A stretch of DNA of 63,347 nt, counting the filler, from Octopus bimaculoides (lineage: Eukaryota): assembly GCF_001194135.2 (NCBI RefSeq). It is 6 parts of 5 records of this genome, joined end to end, with 100 filler letters (N's around TTAATTAATTAA, not from the genome) between each part and the next. Parts side by side here need not be neighbours in the genome. Positions count along the whole stretch, not along the records: positions 1 to 29,467 come from NC_068993.1; 5 more parts are not named here. The stretch is one strand, 5' to 3'. Below are positions 9,401 through 21,849 of this stretch, one piece after another. The translations under genes were made by a program, and so were the position numbers. The number at the start of each line of letters is the position of its first letter. Positions within the stretch are counted from its first letter, which is position 1. The notes below the pieces were generated by a model. The model searched no databases. It was not told where the DNA came from and saw only the letters and a program-made list of their open reading frames with translations.

Positions 9401-12397
9401 TGGATCAAAACAGTTTGATTCAAATTCGTTGGTACTCTTGAATTTCAAGCTTGGTGCTAATCAGCCATTTTGAATATGAATGACAGAAGTTGATTGTTAT
9501 TACTGGTAAAGTGGGCTGCGATTGGTCGAGGAAGGTCACACGGTGTCGTGGTTTGATGTTGGTACATGGGTAACAGCTAGTTGGAAAATGCCGCATGGTG
9601 AACAGGAAGTTGACCACGTGGAGGACAGGAAATAGACCATGTGGTGGATTGGAAATCGGTCAGGTTATTGGGCGGGGGTCGAAAGGGGTGACATGTGCGA
9701 GTATATAGTTCTATACGTGGGTGTGTTGATGCACTTATATGGTTTTGCGTATATATGTGTATTGATGAGAGCGTGCGCATCTGTACATGAGCGCACACGC
9801 GCACGTCTGCAGATGCACGCACACACGCACGCACACGCTTTGATGAACACGCACGTGTGTAGACACACACATACATGCGCATACACACACATGCACATGC
9901 GTATTCATTCATATGTACATATGTATATTCGCTTGCCTGTACGCATGCATATCATTGTGAGCGCATACACGCATGTGCGTGCACACGTGCATTCGCACAT
10001 GCGCGTTTATGAGTATACACGCACAAAACAAGAGTTGGGGATTGGCAAGCGTTGAGAATTGGTACGCGTTGGGGATTGGTATGCAGGGTGGTGGTGGTGG
10101 TGGTAAACATTGGAGACTGGTAATTGGCGGTCCTTGTCATGGGGTTGGTTGGTAGTGATGACCTTTGTGCAGGCAGTGCAGAGGTGGTATATCCGGGTTG
10201 TTGGCAGTCAGAAGACTGAAATTTGTCAGAAGGGCATACCTCTGGTGACAGCAATACGATAAATCGCATTTCTTGTTGATGGATACTGCGGGTTGTTAGA
10301 GGATATGTAGATTTTAGCGGAGGCAGAGCTACAGTTGGGGCAGCAGGGGAATATGGTGGTGCTCTATCGACAATAGTCCACTTGATGCTGGGTATTTCAT
10401 CTCGGAGATCACGAAGTTTCCAGAGAAAGCGAGACAGGGAAATAGAGTTCTCTCTGTCTCTGGATCCGAACGAGTGCATATGCTGGGAGTATCTTCCCTT
10501 GAAGTCATTAACTGTCATACCTGTATAGTGCCATCGGATGGTGTAAGGGTAGCTCTGTATACTACGGCCCTTGAGAGACCTTGGGGTTTCGGAAGTTGCA
10601 GGTTGGGATTGGTGGTGATGAGGGTGCATTTTTACATCTGTTGATGCGTGCGATGTTAGATGCAATGTTGCCTAAGCAGGAGTAGCTCACCTTGATATTG
10701 AAGAGTTTGTAATACTTATGGCCTCTGGAGAAGTGCTTCTTAATTAGCGACAGGAAACCTCTAGCTACGTTGGCGGAAACTTCCAGTTTGAAAGGGGGTT
10801 ATACCATATGATTTTCCTTCTAATTCTTTTTGGTGTTTGGAGGTTGTCTACATAGTGAGATTATCAGTAAACCCACTCCTAGCCAAAGCATCATTGTAGT
10901 GGTGGTGGGAGGCGGCCCTGTTAAAGATTTCTCTATTAGCCGAGAGATTAGATAGTCATTTGCTAATGCCTAGAACTATATTTCTAATTACAGTGGGGAA
11001 TGGTTTGAGCTCTTATGAATATATACTGTATCCTCGTTAGGCTTCATGTACAGATAATACTTGCCCATACTTAGGTCTAAGGTTATGTCCAAGAAATCGA
11101 CTGCAGTGAGGTTGGTGGTAACTGTTATGGACAGCCCGAACTCCTTAAATATTTTTATCAAGTCCTTCCTGAATCTGTCCATGGTGTGGCCGTTCATATG
11201 GCTTGAGGTAGCCAGGCCGTCATCCCTATAGAGGGCCGACCTATGTGAGCGGGTACGTCTCTTGAGGGTATCCAAGATGTATAACCAAACGAGGTTGGCG
11301 ATTTCAGCCTCGTCAAAGCTCCCCATTGAGACGTCAAACATTGGGTCATCTTCTTTTCTCACCCGAAAGGAATCGTCGTGGACCAGAATTGACTTTCTAG
11401 CATTCATGATAATTCTGATCTCAAGGTCACTAATGCTGGTGTATTGCTCAGAAAATGTTAGGGCCTTTGGAAGGAGGGGCTTAGATATGGAAGGGTAGAA
11501 GTCAATATTGTTGAACTGGTTTAATCTGCAGGCTGATTTATTCTCAATACCACAGAACCAGTCAACGACGGTTGCACTGGAGTTCCATTGGATCAACTCT
11601 GTAGCCCTTCTGATATTGGAGTTGATTGTATCAAGAATACATTTGCTAATAAGACTTCTGACTGCCGACAAACCGGATATTCCACCTTAGTACCAGGTGC
11701 TACTCTACACTGCCTGCACCAAGGTCATTGCTACTAGCCAATCCCATGAGCAGGACCACCAATTACCAATCCCCAACGTTTACCAATTCCTAACGCTTAC
11801 CAATTCCCAACATTTACCAATCCCCAAAGCTTTTTTTGCATGTGTATACTCATGCACATGTGCACACCATGCATGTGTGCATGCACACTGGCATGCATGC
11901 TTACATGCATGCGAATATACATAACAACGTATCAATGAATATGTGTGCGTGTGTGCATATGAGTATGTGCGTGTATGTGGGTGTGTGTTCCTTCAAGTGC
12001 ATGTCCATGTGCAGATGCGCACACTCGCATCAATATACACATGCACACAAAACCATATGAGCATGTCTGCACACCTACATATAGAACTATATACATGCAC
12101 ATGCTGCCCCTTCCTACTCCCCACCGACAACTTGACCGATTTCCTAATCGACACGTGATCTATTTCCTGTCCTCCACGTGGTCAATCTCCTGTTCATCAT
12201 GTGGTATTTTACAACTAACTGTTACCTATATACCAACATCAAACCATGACATTGTGTGACCTTCCTCGATCAATCGCAGCCCACCTTATGGTAATAACAA
12301 TCAACTTCTGTCATTCAAATTCAAAATAGCTGACGACTAGCATCACGCTTGAAATTCAAGAGTACCAATGAATTTGAATCGAACTGTTTTGATCCAT
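9401..12397 (-). mobile_element. Penelope-like element with 3' pseudo-LTR and inverted 5' pseudo-LTR
   Basis: RT ORF 11671-10988 (DFYPSI, DVSMGSFD.AEIA.LV, LYRDDGL, DFLDITLDL, YMKPN), then IWYNPP-type and GIY-YIG remnants (YTGMTVNDFKGRYSQH). About 9401-10220 and 11655-12397 are diverged reverse complements. Confidence 0.9.
12313..12379 (+). ncRNA. Variant hammerhead-like motif in the inverted pseudo-LTR (mirror copy at 9418-9476, minus strand)
   Basis: 11-bp stem ATTCAAATTCA/TGAATTTGAAT, core CTGACGA (12330-12336), GAAA (12351-12354), triplet GUA (12362-12364). The stem II junction is non-canonical. Confidence 0.5.
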
Positions 12398-12458
12398 ACA
12401 TGTCACTCCTTATAAATTTGCCAGATATCTTTCTTTCGTTTGACTACTCATTTGTATG

Positions 12459-12491
<33 letters not shown>

Positions 12492-13639
12492 TCCTTTTTT
12501 CCTTTCATTTTAGTCCTCTCTCCTTGTTTGCCCTTTCTGATACTAGCCCCTATTTCCTTTTCCAAGTTAAGGATAACTGATTTCATCGATCTAAAAAACG
12601 TAAACAAACATACGTGCATGCACACACATTCAATACATTCATACACGCATACACAAACATAGGTGTGTATGAATATGAATGCATATGTATGAGATTATAT
12701 ANNNNNNNNNNNNNNNNNNNNNNNNNNNNNNNNNNNNNNNNNNNNNNNNNNNNNNNNNNNNNNNNNNNNNNNNNNNNNNNNNNNNNNNNNNNNNNNNNNN
12801 NNNNNNNNNNNNNNNNNNNNNNNNNNNNNNNNNNNNNNNNNNNNNNNNNNNNNNNNNNNNNNNNNNNNNNNNNNNNNNNNNNNNNNNNNNNNNNNNNNNN
12901 NNNNNNNNNNNNNNNNNNNNNNNNNNNNNNNNNNNNNNNNNNNNNNNNNNNNNNNNNNNNNNNNNNNNNNNNNNNNNNNNNNNNNNNNNNNNNNNNNNNN
13001 NNNNNNNNNNNNNNNNNNNNNNNNNNNNNNNNNNNNNNNNNNNNNNNNNNNNNNNNNNNNNNNNNNNNNNNNNNNNNNNNNNNNNNNNNNNNNNNNNNNN
13101 NNNNNNNNNNNNNNNNNNNNNNNNNNNNNNNNNNNNNNNNNNNNNNNNNNNNNNNNNNNNNNNNNNNNNNNNNNNNNNNNNNNNNNNNNNNNNNNNNNNN
13201 NNNNNNNNNNNNNNNNNNNNNNNNNNNNNNNNNNNNNNNNNNNNNNNNNNNNNNNNNNNNNNNNNNNNNNNNNNNNNNNNNNNNNNNNNNNNNNNNNNNN
13301 NNNNNNNNNNNNNNNNNNNNNNNNNNNNNNNNNNNNNNNNNNNNNNNNNNNNNNNNNNNNNNNNNNNNNNNNNNNNNNNNNNNNNNNNNNNNNNNNNNNN
13401 NNNNNNNNNNNNNNNNNNNNNNNNNNNNNNNNNNNNNNNNNNNNNNTGAGCAAATTTACTTTGGTGGGTGCTGTATGCGCTTATTTTAATTATTATATGG
13501 TTTTCTTATTAAAATAGTAAGAATTTTGAAAAATACATATACAATGCTAAGTATGTACAAAATAATTTATTTAAAAAAATTGAATAGCAATTTGATAATA
13601 AAGGTGAAATACAAATTTGAATAATTTTATCAATGAATC

Positions 13640-14712
13640 CAGAGAACATCTAGAAACATAAGAAAAAGGTCTTCAGCACTTTTCCTCATCTGCAGTCAAC
13701 AGAAATAATCAAGGTGAGATTGGAAGGTTCTTTGGTTCACTCCTCTCATCTTTTTCAAAATATGAATTTTCGAATCCAACCAGGTTCTTTCAATTGCTTC
13801 AGTATTGGTTCCAGTGTTTGGATCAACATGATATCTTTGGTGGTTGACAGTAGAATAGTGGAAATTTAGATGATTTAGTTTGGAGCATGCTGGCCATTCA
13901 TTGGAATGAATAACTGAATTTTCTGAAACTTCTCTTTGGATTATGAGTTCAAGTGCGTATGCACATTGTAGCTCAATTGAACAACATGTTATCTTGGCTC
14001 AAATGAGATGGGTTGGACATGTTATTTATTAGAATGAAAGATGAGCAATTGCCAAAACGTCTTTGTTTGGTGAGCTCAACTCTGGTAAGCGACTGCAACG
14101 TAAGCCAAGGAAAAGTTATAAAGACTGTGTGAAGTTCTCTTCACACAGTCTTTATAACTGAAGAACCTAGACATGAACATGAGTGATTGGAAAACTGATG
14201 CTCTGGATTGGAACAAGTGGAGAAGTGCTGTTAGTACCGGTTGCAACGGCTAGGAGGAAAAGATGATTCAGTGCTCTGAGCTTAAAAGGGCCTATCAGAA
14301 AGGGACAAGTAGAACTGAAACCAGCAGTAAATATTGGATATGCATTGTGTGCAATCGGGTTCTGTGGTCAAAATCAGGATACACAAATCATATGAAGTCA
14401 CATGAAAATCGAAATGCCCAGGTAGGTAATAATATTGAATCTCAAACCACCTCATACAACTTGTGTCATATGTCACAAAACTTGTATGACAATATATGGA
14501 CTTAAAAGACATATGCTAATTCCCCAAAAACATTCCTTCAGGATCAGATTTCAAAGGGCAAATAAGGAAATTTGAATAATATGTGTCACTTGTATTTTAA
14601 ATCCTGTCAGTCAGCAGCTGATCTTAAAAGTCATCTCAGGGCTTATCACTGGAGTGATTGTGCAGTGTGTGTGTTGATGGGACGCTTATCACCTATCAAG
14701 ATGAAGCAATCA
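13640..14712 (+). mobile_element. RTE-clade LINE 3' fragment with three C2H2 fingers and a (TA)n tail
   Basis: QMRWVGHV, DEQLPKRL.FGEL..GKR.QRKPRKSYKDCV, then fingers CIVCNRVLWSKSGYTNHMKSH, CVICHKTCMTIYGLKRHMLIP and CHLYFKSCQSAADLKSHLRAYH. Confidence 0.8.
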
Positions 14713-15364
14713 TATATATATATATATATAGATGTATGTATGTATGTATATATNNNNNNNNNNNNNNNNNNNNNNNNNNNNNNNNNNNNNNNNNNNNNNN
14801 NNNNNNNNNNNNNNNNNNNNNNNNNNNNNNNNNNNNNNNNNNNNNNNNNNNNNNNNNNNNNNNNNNNNNNNNNNNNNNNNNNNNNNNNNNNNNNNNNNNN
14901 NNNNNNNNNNNNNNNNNNNNNNNNNNNNNNNNNNNNNNNNNNNNNNNNNNNNNNNNNNNNNNNNNNNNNNNNNNNNNNNNNNNNNNNNNNNNNNNNNNNN
15001 NNNNNNNNNNNNNNNNNNNNNNNNNNNNNNNNNNNNNNNNNNNNNNNNNNNNNNNNNNNNNNNNNNNNNNNNNNNNNNNNNNNNNNNNNNNNNNNNNNNN
15101 NNNNNNNNNNNNNNNNNNNNNNNNNNNNNNNNNNNNNNNNNNNNNNNNNNNNNNNNNNNNNNNNNNNNNNNNNNNNNNNNNNNNNNNNNNNNNNNNNNNN
15201 NNNNNNNNNNNNNNNNNNNNNNNNNNNNNNNNNNNNNNNNNNNNNNNNNNNNNNNNNNNNNNNNNNNNNNNNNNNNNNNNNNNNNNNNNNNNNNNNNNNN
15301 NNNNNNNNNNNNNNTAATAAAAATCTGTAAATGTACAACCATCCAGATCTCTGAGTACCTTATT

Positions 15365-15416
<52 letters not shown>

Positions 15417-15421
15417 TATAC

Positions 15422-15454
<33 letters not shown>

Positions 15455-15914
15455 TGTATGTCATTATTCAGTCTATTTCAAGATTTCTTGCCAATAGAGA
15501 AAGTACCGGATTTTAACCTAGATCCAATTGGAATTTCACCATCAACGATGGGGTATTTTTGTTTGTGTGTATGTATATATGCATGTCTGCATGTATGTAT
15601 GTATGCTCAAAATGAGGAGTAGATAGACAGCCGACAACTGATGAAGAGTCCTTTCTCTGTGTTAATTTGTCCTGTTTTCCATTTTTTCGTTGTTTACCTA
15701 TTTCACTTGTTTTTCCCTCATTTGTTTACGTATTTCATGTTATTTGCACCATTGATGACATCCTGTACCTACATATGCTTGTATATATATCTATATATAT
15801 TATATATTATTTATTATATACATATATATATCGTCCAACCCATGCTAGCATGGAAAGCGGACGTTAAACGATGATGATGATGATGATGATGATATATATA
15901 TATGTATATATATG

Positions 15915-16119
15915 TTCTTTTATTCTTTTACTCGTTTCAGTCATTTGACTGTGGTCATGCTGGATCACCACCTTTAGTCGAACAAATTGACCCTATGACT
16001 TATTCTTTGTAAGCCTAGTACTTATTTGATCAGCTCCATTTTGTCGAACACTAAGTTATGGGGACGTAAACACATTAACATCAATTCTCATCGGTGGGGG
16101 GACAAACACAGACACACAA

Positions 16120-16150
<31 letters not shown>

Positions 16151-16470
16151 NNNNNNNNNNNNNNNNNNNNNNNNNNNNNNNNNNNNNNNNNNNNNNNNNN
16201 NNNNNNNNNNNNNNNNNNNNNNNNNNNNNNNNNNNNNNNNNNNNNNNNNNNNNNNNNNNNNNNNNNNNNNNNNNNNNNNNNNNNNNNNNNNNNNNNNNNN
16301 NNNNNNNNNNNNNNNNNNNNNNNNNNNNNNNNNNNNNNNNNNNNNNNNNNNNNNNNNNNNNNNNNNNNNNNNNNNNNTAGAGTAGAAAACACTTGCCAGG
16401 ATGCTACGCAGTGGGACTGAACCTGAAACCATGTGGTTGGGAAACAAGCTTCTTACCACACACTCACACC

Positions 16471-16475
<5 letters not shown>
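15915..16475 (-). mobile_element. tRNA-derived SINE, family B (spans a gap)
   Basis: Reverse complement of the 32573-32960 family (head GTGTGGTAAG...GGTTCAGTCCCACTGCG, tail AAAAGAATAAAAGA). Confidence 0.75.
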
Positions 16476-16511
<36 letters not shown>

Positions 16512-19500
16512 CTATGTATTCATATGTATATATATATATATATATGTGTATGTACATGTGTGTGTGTGTGTATTTGTGTATATACACACTCACATACATT
16601 ATGTGAGTGATATTTTCAGCCGAGATGCTACATCATATACTCATTAATTGTGTTGATGTGCCATTTTCTATCATTAATAGATTTGTCAGTATTTTTGACG
16701 ACTCAAGTATGCTAGTATTTATATATTATGTAAGGTTGCTTGGAAGCGCTCCTAAGGAACATGTGAACCAGTACAATATACATGGTTAGGTTTGCAGAGA
16801 GTAGTGATTAAACCGTCATACACTCCAATCTAACCTCTTGGACCAAGTAGCTTAAAACCCAGTACTTATTTCTCAAACGACAGCCATTATCTTGCAATTG
16901 TAGCTACTGTACTGTTCCTCTCCTCTCTATATTCTCAATTCTCTCTTCTTTTACTTGTTCTCTATAAATTCTCCATTGACTCCTTCCTTCACTTCTAATG
17001 TCATTTTGATCTGATTATTACTTTAAAGCCTTCTCTCTCCCCTTATACTGAGATGGGGCTTTATATTCATATACATTGAGTATTTTCAACCTCCAAAATT
17101 TATCTCACCCGATGATGGAATAAGTGACCCTATAATTATAACTTAAGTTTGTGTCATTTGATATATGTCCTGGGTATGAAATTAAAACTGCATCCAGTGG
17201 CGAGGCTTCAGTTCGGGAGTTCTGGAGTTGTGGTCGGTTCTGACCCAGAAAGGTAGTACTTGTCGGGGTGCCATTTATAGGTTGAATGGATTTTGTAAGG
17301 ACAGATTGAGCTTTATGGCTGTGGTGAAAGCAATCAAACTAGAAGAAGGAAAACTCCAAAATTAATACCCTCTTCCAGCATGCCCTAAGCCAGCATGGAA
17401 GAGCATGGTTAATAACAATAACGTGAAGTATGTCCAATAAATTAGATTCATACTATCTCATGTTAGTGCACATTCTGCTGCAGGTGAAGATAGCGTGAAA
17501 CGATGATTTGTTATACGTTTGCTAACATTAATTAAGCACAAGGCACACACAACACACACTACTGTACTTACTGATCAGTGAATCTCAGAAACAGCCATGA
17601 AGGACTGCCTGGGTTCTCGACTCTTTTATCTGTGATGTAAGAGTATCAACTCTCCGAATATTTATCTACCTATGAAGAACTACTCTGGTCTTTCTTTTAG
17701 CTCTTTTATTGCTTAATCATATTTACTTAATTATGTATTGCAGAGTGAGGAAGGATACTTAAAGCTCCCCTGAAACCTAGATCATTGAACACTCGCTAGG
17801 AAATTTACAGCCCTTGAATCCATTTCAATGCTACTTGCTGCAAGCATTGGATTCCCTGTTGTCCGATTAGACCCAGATGTGTCCTTACGATCCAAAAGCT
17901 GCCTGTGAATCCCTTGTTCTCGCTTCCTTTAGCCCACAAAAGACCTGTCTAAGGGAGATAACCCATCCTCACTGACCCCGGACTATTTATTCTTTGGTGA
18001 CTAAATGACCAAATAACCATAACGAATTACTGCCTACCAGAGGTGAAGAGTTACATTCTGGTGAGACGTTCATGAGCTAAGGCCCATGTGGATGCAAGAC
18101 CATTGATCACTCTATGACCGGGCATAGACTTAACTGTGTGTGTATAAGAAATAATGATAAACATAAGTTTACTATGGTTGTTTGGAGCCCTGCTATAGGT
18201 GTTTCTAGTGTATTTAGATATTCAGCCACAGCAGATCACCAGGAAACACTTTATTGTATTACGTTACAGATGTTGCTTATGTGTGTATGTGTGTGTGTGT
18301 GTGTGTGTGTGCGTGCGTGCGCGCGTGTACAGTTAGATGTACGACTACTGCTCTATGATTTAGACCTTCAAGTAGTCACAGCCATAAACACACCAACACC
18401 GGTTGTCAAGCGGTGATGAGGGACAAATACGGGTACACACACACACACACACACACACACATTCGGCTTCTAGTATTGTGGTCAGTCGACCACTGTGCCT
18501 AGTAGTGTTACTAGTTATGATATAAAGAGTATCTGTGGAGGAAAATTAAGATAAGCACCATAATAAATATTTAGTTCCTGTGTACGTTTCACTACTGTAG
18601 TTATTTTAAAGTCAGCATTGGATATTTCAAGAGATTTTGGATACCTAACTGCAATGCAAAATCAAGGAAACACTATATTGCGTTTCGTTACATAGATCAA
18701 ATATCAAATGTTTGGTCTCTGTAACGGAATGCAATAAAATGTACCCTTGATTATACATTGCATTAAGCATCCAAATGCACATGGTACATTCAGTGGTGAG
18801 TTCCAAATAACTGCAATAGTGAAACGAACGTAGAAACTAAATATTTATTATGATGCTTATCTTTATTCCCACTATATCTTTTATCTTTTACTTATTTCAG
18901 TCAGACTGTGGCCATGCCGGGGCAGCGCCTTGAAGGATTTTAATTGAACAAATCGCCCCAGTACATTTTTTCTTTAAACCCTGATACTTATTCTATCGGC
19001 CGTTTTTGTCGAAACGTTAGATCACAGGGACGTAAACACACCAACACTAGTTGTCAAATGGTGATGAGGGACAAATACGGTACACACACACACACACACA
19101 CACACACAAGACACTTTTTAAAATGCCAGATGGGACTGAACTAAGAAGCAAACTTTTTACCACACACCCACATCAGCACCTATGGATCTCCGAGCCCCCA
19201 GAAACAGGTGTTGGATCTATTAATATAAATATCTATATATTCATACTTAAATCTCTCTCTTTCTCTTTATATATATATATGTTGCAAATAATAAGATTCA
19301 TTGAAATTAGAATGTATGTACCGCCAACAAACTCAGAACGTAAACGACTGTAACAAAATACTATGAAGGAATTTTGTTCGGTGCTCTAGAGACTGCCGTT
19401 TCATTTTCTGGGCTCGTTATCAACAACAAACCCAACAACGACAACTAGTGCCAGTAGAATTGACTTTCAGTCTTCCCTTCAATCTCTATTCCGAAATTTT

Positions 19501-20487
19501 GGATCTTAAGTTAATGAAATAATTTTATTCGCGAAGATACTAAAGTGTAAGGGAAATAACTCTCACAGCTAACTCTTTCGTCTAACCATAGTTTTCTCCC
19601 TTCACCACCTGTTTTTTTTACAGAGTACATTAACTACTTCATATATTCCTATGAGTCATATAGTAATATTGCGAGACAAAGGCCAAGTGTTTTCGTTACA
19701 TACATACTCGTGAACAAACATAAAATAACAAAAATGTATTTCCTATAGATATACACTCTCATAGATACACACATCTACATACGCACTCTCAAACAACGAC
19801 CCTCCCCATATTCACAGATATATTTTCGCCTACATCTAACATATTATAAACAACAGCCATTTGTTTGCGTTAGCGATAAAAATGTGTTTCTAATGTTACA
19901 TTGAGAAGGGGAAAGTTGTGCATATCTGAGAGAGACTATTTCTGTGAAACTCACACCAGCAACCCACTGAACGTCCTACTTACATACTTCCATTTTTGCA
20001 TATTGTTTTTTTTGAAAAATTTATATCATTTTACTAACGCTATTAGCATCACCACGGACGCCATCATTTGAAATCACCGAGGAGACTATTTGGATGATCT
20101 ATTTGTTAGAAATCACGCCTTGTTATTGAGGAACAGTGAATAATAAAATCCGAGATACAGTGATCCGATAACGTAGCCTCTACGCGGTTTTTTTTATTTG
20201 TTTGAAATACCAGCTAGATCTCCTTCAAACCACACTATACTCTTTAAACGATTGGATTGTCATGGATGAAATGCTTTTTATAATTGGTTTGTGCAATCAC
20301 TGTTGACCTGGTTTTAAGCAACAGTAGCAAGAGCAACAACTCGCAACTTTAAGGCATTATTTAACCACTCAAAATATGTCCAGCCCTTGTAATAAGCGGT
20401 GTAGCGTCATCGAAAAGTGGGTATTTACATTTGCTTATATATCATACTTTCGTTAATTGTTCATGTGTGTGTGCGCCTACCTTTGAG

Positions 20488-20680
20488 GTTAGGGCGTTGC
20501 ACTTATGATCGAAAGTTTGTGGTTTCAATTCCTAGACCAGGTGATGCGTTGTGCTTTTGAACATTAGACTGGCAAAAATGAAGGATCCTGTGACGGATCA
20601 GTGTCCTGTCTAAGGAGAGAATGCATTCATCACAGAATTCGGGAAGCTGGCCTTATGATCTCCATGGTTTGGGAAGGACC
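20488..20680 (+). mobile_element. tRNA-derived SINE, family E (related copy 35095-35338, minus strand)
   Basis: tRNA-like head with GGTTTCAATTCC B-box variant, then GATGCGTTGTGC...; a diverged reverse-complement copy lies at 35.1-35.3 kb. Confidence 0.55.
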
Positions 20681-21849
20681 TTTTACCCTTTTGTTTTGCT
20701 GGAAAAATATTTCGGATAGAGGTGGGGATGGGGAATATAGTAAAAAAAAAAAATTTTTTTTGCATAATCGTATGAGATACAGAAATTTGCTAAAATTTTC
20801 TAAGAATGCCAAAAAATAAAATAAAAGTGTTATGACGGGTTAAATGGAGTGCTTCAATAAGAACACTGCCAATTGAGAAAATTGTTGAAAAATTTTTCTG
20901 TGATATACTTATTTCAAAACTCCACTTTAACATTATTACAAATTAGTGCACAACCAGAATATTCTTAAGCATATCTAGACACCAAAATCTGACGATGGGC
21001 TTGCCTGTCCAGTAGAAGTAGAAAAATCTCTGCAGAATTGTGGTCCACATAACAGAAGGCAAATAATACAGGTCAGTTATTGTTGTTTGCAACTGCAAGA
21101 TAAAGGCCAGTTCTGTGGCTTCTACCACTTGTTTGTCCCAAGATTTTATCTTCATCTTAAATCTAGGAAGATAAGTGACGAAAATATGGGTCACCAGTGT
21201 GTCGCCCTACAGGGACTGAGCCAGGGTAGTAGGAGCAGGGAAAGGCTATAGCTTTTCCATTTGTTATAGAGAGGGAAAGAAATCCAGTTACTACAACACC
21301 TGTGCTGTGATGTTTTCTGGGCACTGTCGGTGATGATGCGTAGGCACACACCAAAGCTGCAGAAATATCTGGGCCACTGCGACGGTGATGACGACAACAA
21401 AGACAGAGAATAAGTTTGGCCAATCTTCGTGGGACATGTCTTTTCACAGCTCATGTGTTTGAGTTGCAATCTTGGGTCAAGTATACCAAAGCTGAGCATT
21501 TGGCATCCTGAATGTTGCCAGGCGCACACAACACTCCACAAGCTGGATAACGCAATGCACAGTAAAACAACTCTCACCTTTAGAAGATTAGTGGTGGGAA
21601 AATATTAATACATGGAAAGTCAAGTTGTTCACACATCTCAAGTTCAAAGACATCTGAAATATGTGTGGGAACAAAAATCATCACCCATGGAAAACAATTT
21701 GGTGCGTTGGGTGTAAGATTTACCACAGAAGCAGAATTCCATCACTCCATTGAAGGATGAGGATTTCATCCTCCTGTCAACTTATATGGGTAAAGATGTG
21801 GCAGAAGTGAAATCTGTGGCCATGCTACTAAAAATAAACATCTAATGGC

